A DNA stretch of 63,597 nt, filler included, from Octopus bimaculoides (lineage: Eukaryota): assembly GCF_001194135.2 (NCBI RefSeq). It is 3 parts of 3 records of this genome, joined end to end, with 100 filler letters (N's around TTAATTAATTAA, not from the genome) between each part and the next. Parts side by side here need not be neighbours in the genome. Positions count along the whole stretch, not along the records: positions 49,500 to 63,597 come from NC_069007.1; 2 more parts are not named here. One strand, written 5' to 3'. Positions within the stretch are counted from its first letter, which is position 1; each line of letters starts with the position of its first letter. Both the position numbers and the translations under genes were made by a program. Under the pieces are notes generated by a model, which was not told the DNA's origin, did not search any database, and worked only from the letters and a program-made list of their open reading frames with translations. This document shows, piece by piece, positions 62,138 to 63,597 of the stretch.

Positions 62138-63597
62138 GTTAACCATTATCTTTCTCCCTTTCTCTTTCTCTCCATCCCCATCTATTCTCTTCTCTTCATT
62201 CTCTTTTTATCCCTCACTTTCTCCCCCCCCCTGCTCTCTCCCTTCCATTCTCTTTCTAACTATCGCTCTTCACGCCCTCTCTCCTGCTCTTGCTCTCTCT
62301 CTCTCTCTGTTTCTGTGTCTATCTTTCTCTCTCATTTGTCACTTTCTGAATCTCTTTCATTATCTCTCTCTCTTTCTATATCTACCGTATTCCCCTCCCT
62401 CTCTCTCTCTCTCTCTGTAATCCTCTGAATCTCTCTTTATCTCTGTATCTCTCTTACCCTTTCATCATCTCTCCCTCTCTCTCTCTCTCTCTCTCGCTCT
62501 CTCCCTTTCATATATCACACACTCTCCCCTCATTCTTTTTCCCATCTCTCTGTCTCTTTCCCCCATAAGTATAAAACCACTACAACCACCACTACCTCTC
62601 CACCACCCCTGCCACTACCACTACTACCACCACCATCACCACAAACACATTACCACAACCACTACCACCATGATAACAGTCATCACCACCTCTACTACCA
62701 CCACCACCACCACTACTACTACCACCATAACCACACACCCACAACAACAACAACACCCCACCACCACCACCACCACACACAAGAACTGTGGATTTTCTAA
62801 TTTACAACAAAGACACAACAAATTGTTTGAAGTGGCCATTTTTGGAGGGGTGGAGGAGGCTGGGAGCATGATGGTTGTGGGGGNNNNNNNNNNNNNNNNN
62901 NNNNNNNNNNNNNNNNNNNNNNNNNNNNNNNNNNNNNNNNNNNNNNNNNNNNNNNNNNNNNNNNNNNNNNNNNNNNNNNNNNNNNNNNNNNNNNNNNNNN
63001 NNNNNNNNNNNNNNNNNNNNNNNNNNNNNNNNNNNNNNNNNNNNNNNNNNNNNNNNNNNNNNNNNNNNNNNNNNNNNNATTAAAAGATAAATCAATAAAT
63101 AATAAATAAATAAAATATAAATATAATTGAAACAAAAAAAAAAGCAATTTAAAAAAAAAAAAACTGTAATGGCTTTTAATACTGCAGTCAGGTAAACACA
63201 AATGGTTTATATTTATGTCATTCTGTATTTATTTATTGATTTCAGGATAGATTTGTATATGTATATATATACATACATACACACTTACATACATACATAC
63301 ATACATACATACAGACATACAGATAGACATACATACATACATACATACATACACACTTACATATAAACATACAAACATACATACATACACACTTACATAT
63401 ATGCATACATATTTACATACATACATACACACACATACATACAAACATACATACATACATACATACACATACATACAAACTTACATACATACACACTTAC
63501 ATATATACATACATATTTATATACATACATACATACACACACACACATACATACATACATATGTATGTGTGCATATGCTGTATTTATATATATATAT
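62090..63597. repeat. CT-rich, ACC-rich and (TACA)n low-complexity tracts with a gap
   Basis: Direct inspection. Confidence 0.93.

Larger units (their letters stand above)
797..63078. other. Assembly gaps: 797-1074, 2475-2865, 16476-16953, 22538-23211, 25783-26026, 35374-35618, 40431-40987, 51027-51606, 52813-53676, 54610-54619, 62884-63078
   Basis: Runs of N, mostly flanked by microsatellites or young repeats. Confidence 0.99.

Noticed and set aside
759-63201. Long ORFs in the supplied track containing X runs or poly-M/I/S/H/T/V/CV tracts
   Set aside because: They arise from N gaps or stop-free microsatellites and have no coding complexity

Overview
AT-rich, microsatellite-dense, gapped eukaryotic draft-assembly DNA. 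The SINE families and repeat landscape look like an octopod cephalopod (Octopus); this is inference from recognising the repeats, not a database result. Most of the window is intronic or intergenic. It holds four tRNA-derived or RTE-tailed SINE families (called A-D here), decayed RTE- and CR1/Jockey-group LINE fragments, mariner (DD34D) and Tc1-like (DD36E-spaced) transposase remnants, two foldback MITEs and many simple repeats. Nearly every ORF in the supplied track is an artefact of N-runs or microsatellites. The best non-repeat signal, invisible in the ORF track, is a minus-strand host gene built from very short exons. Six exons of 29-75 nt (8929 to 644) splice in frame to KIMVIMEQDANSAIMNQKKLLEALDDTLNELQNDIVVNEINKPMFSDREWYSYGIPFINVCELLYEKKFLQTSLDQCKNKRLHLEQILES, an unidentified coiled-coil-like peptide. 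Seven more phase-compatible candidate exons of 16-51 nt could extend it to about 52.4 kb; that extension is speculative. Other notable structures are a TSD-bounded chimeric SINE with its apparent precursor in the same window, a 4.4-kb unit bracketed by inverted mariner ends, and a MITE with an 8-bp TSD and internal telomere-type repeats. No rRNA, bona fide tRNA or CRISPR was found. Repeat boundaries are read by eye and are approximate unless a TSD or TIR is quoted.
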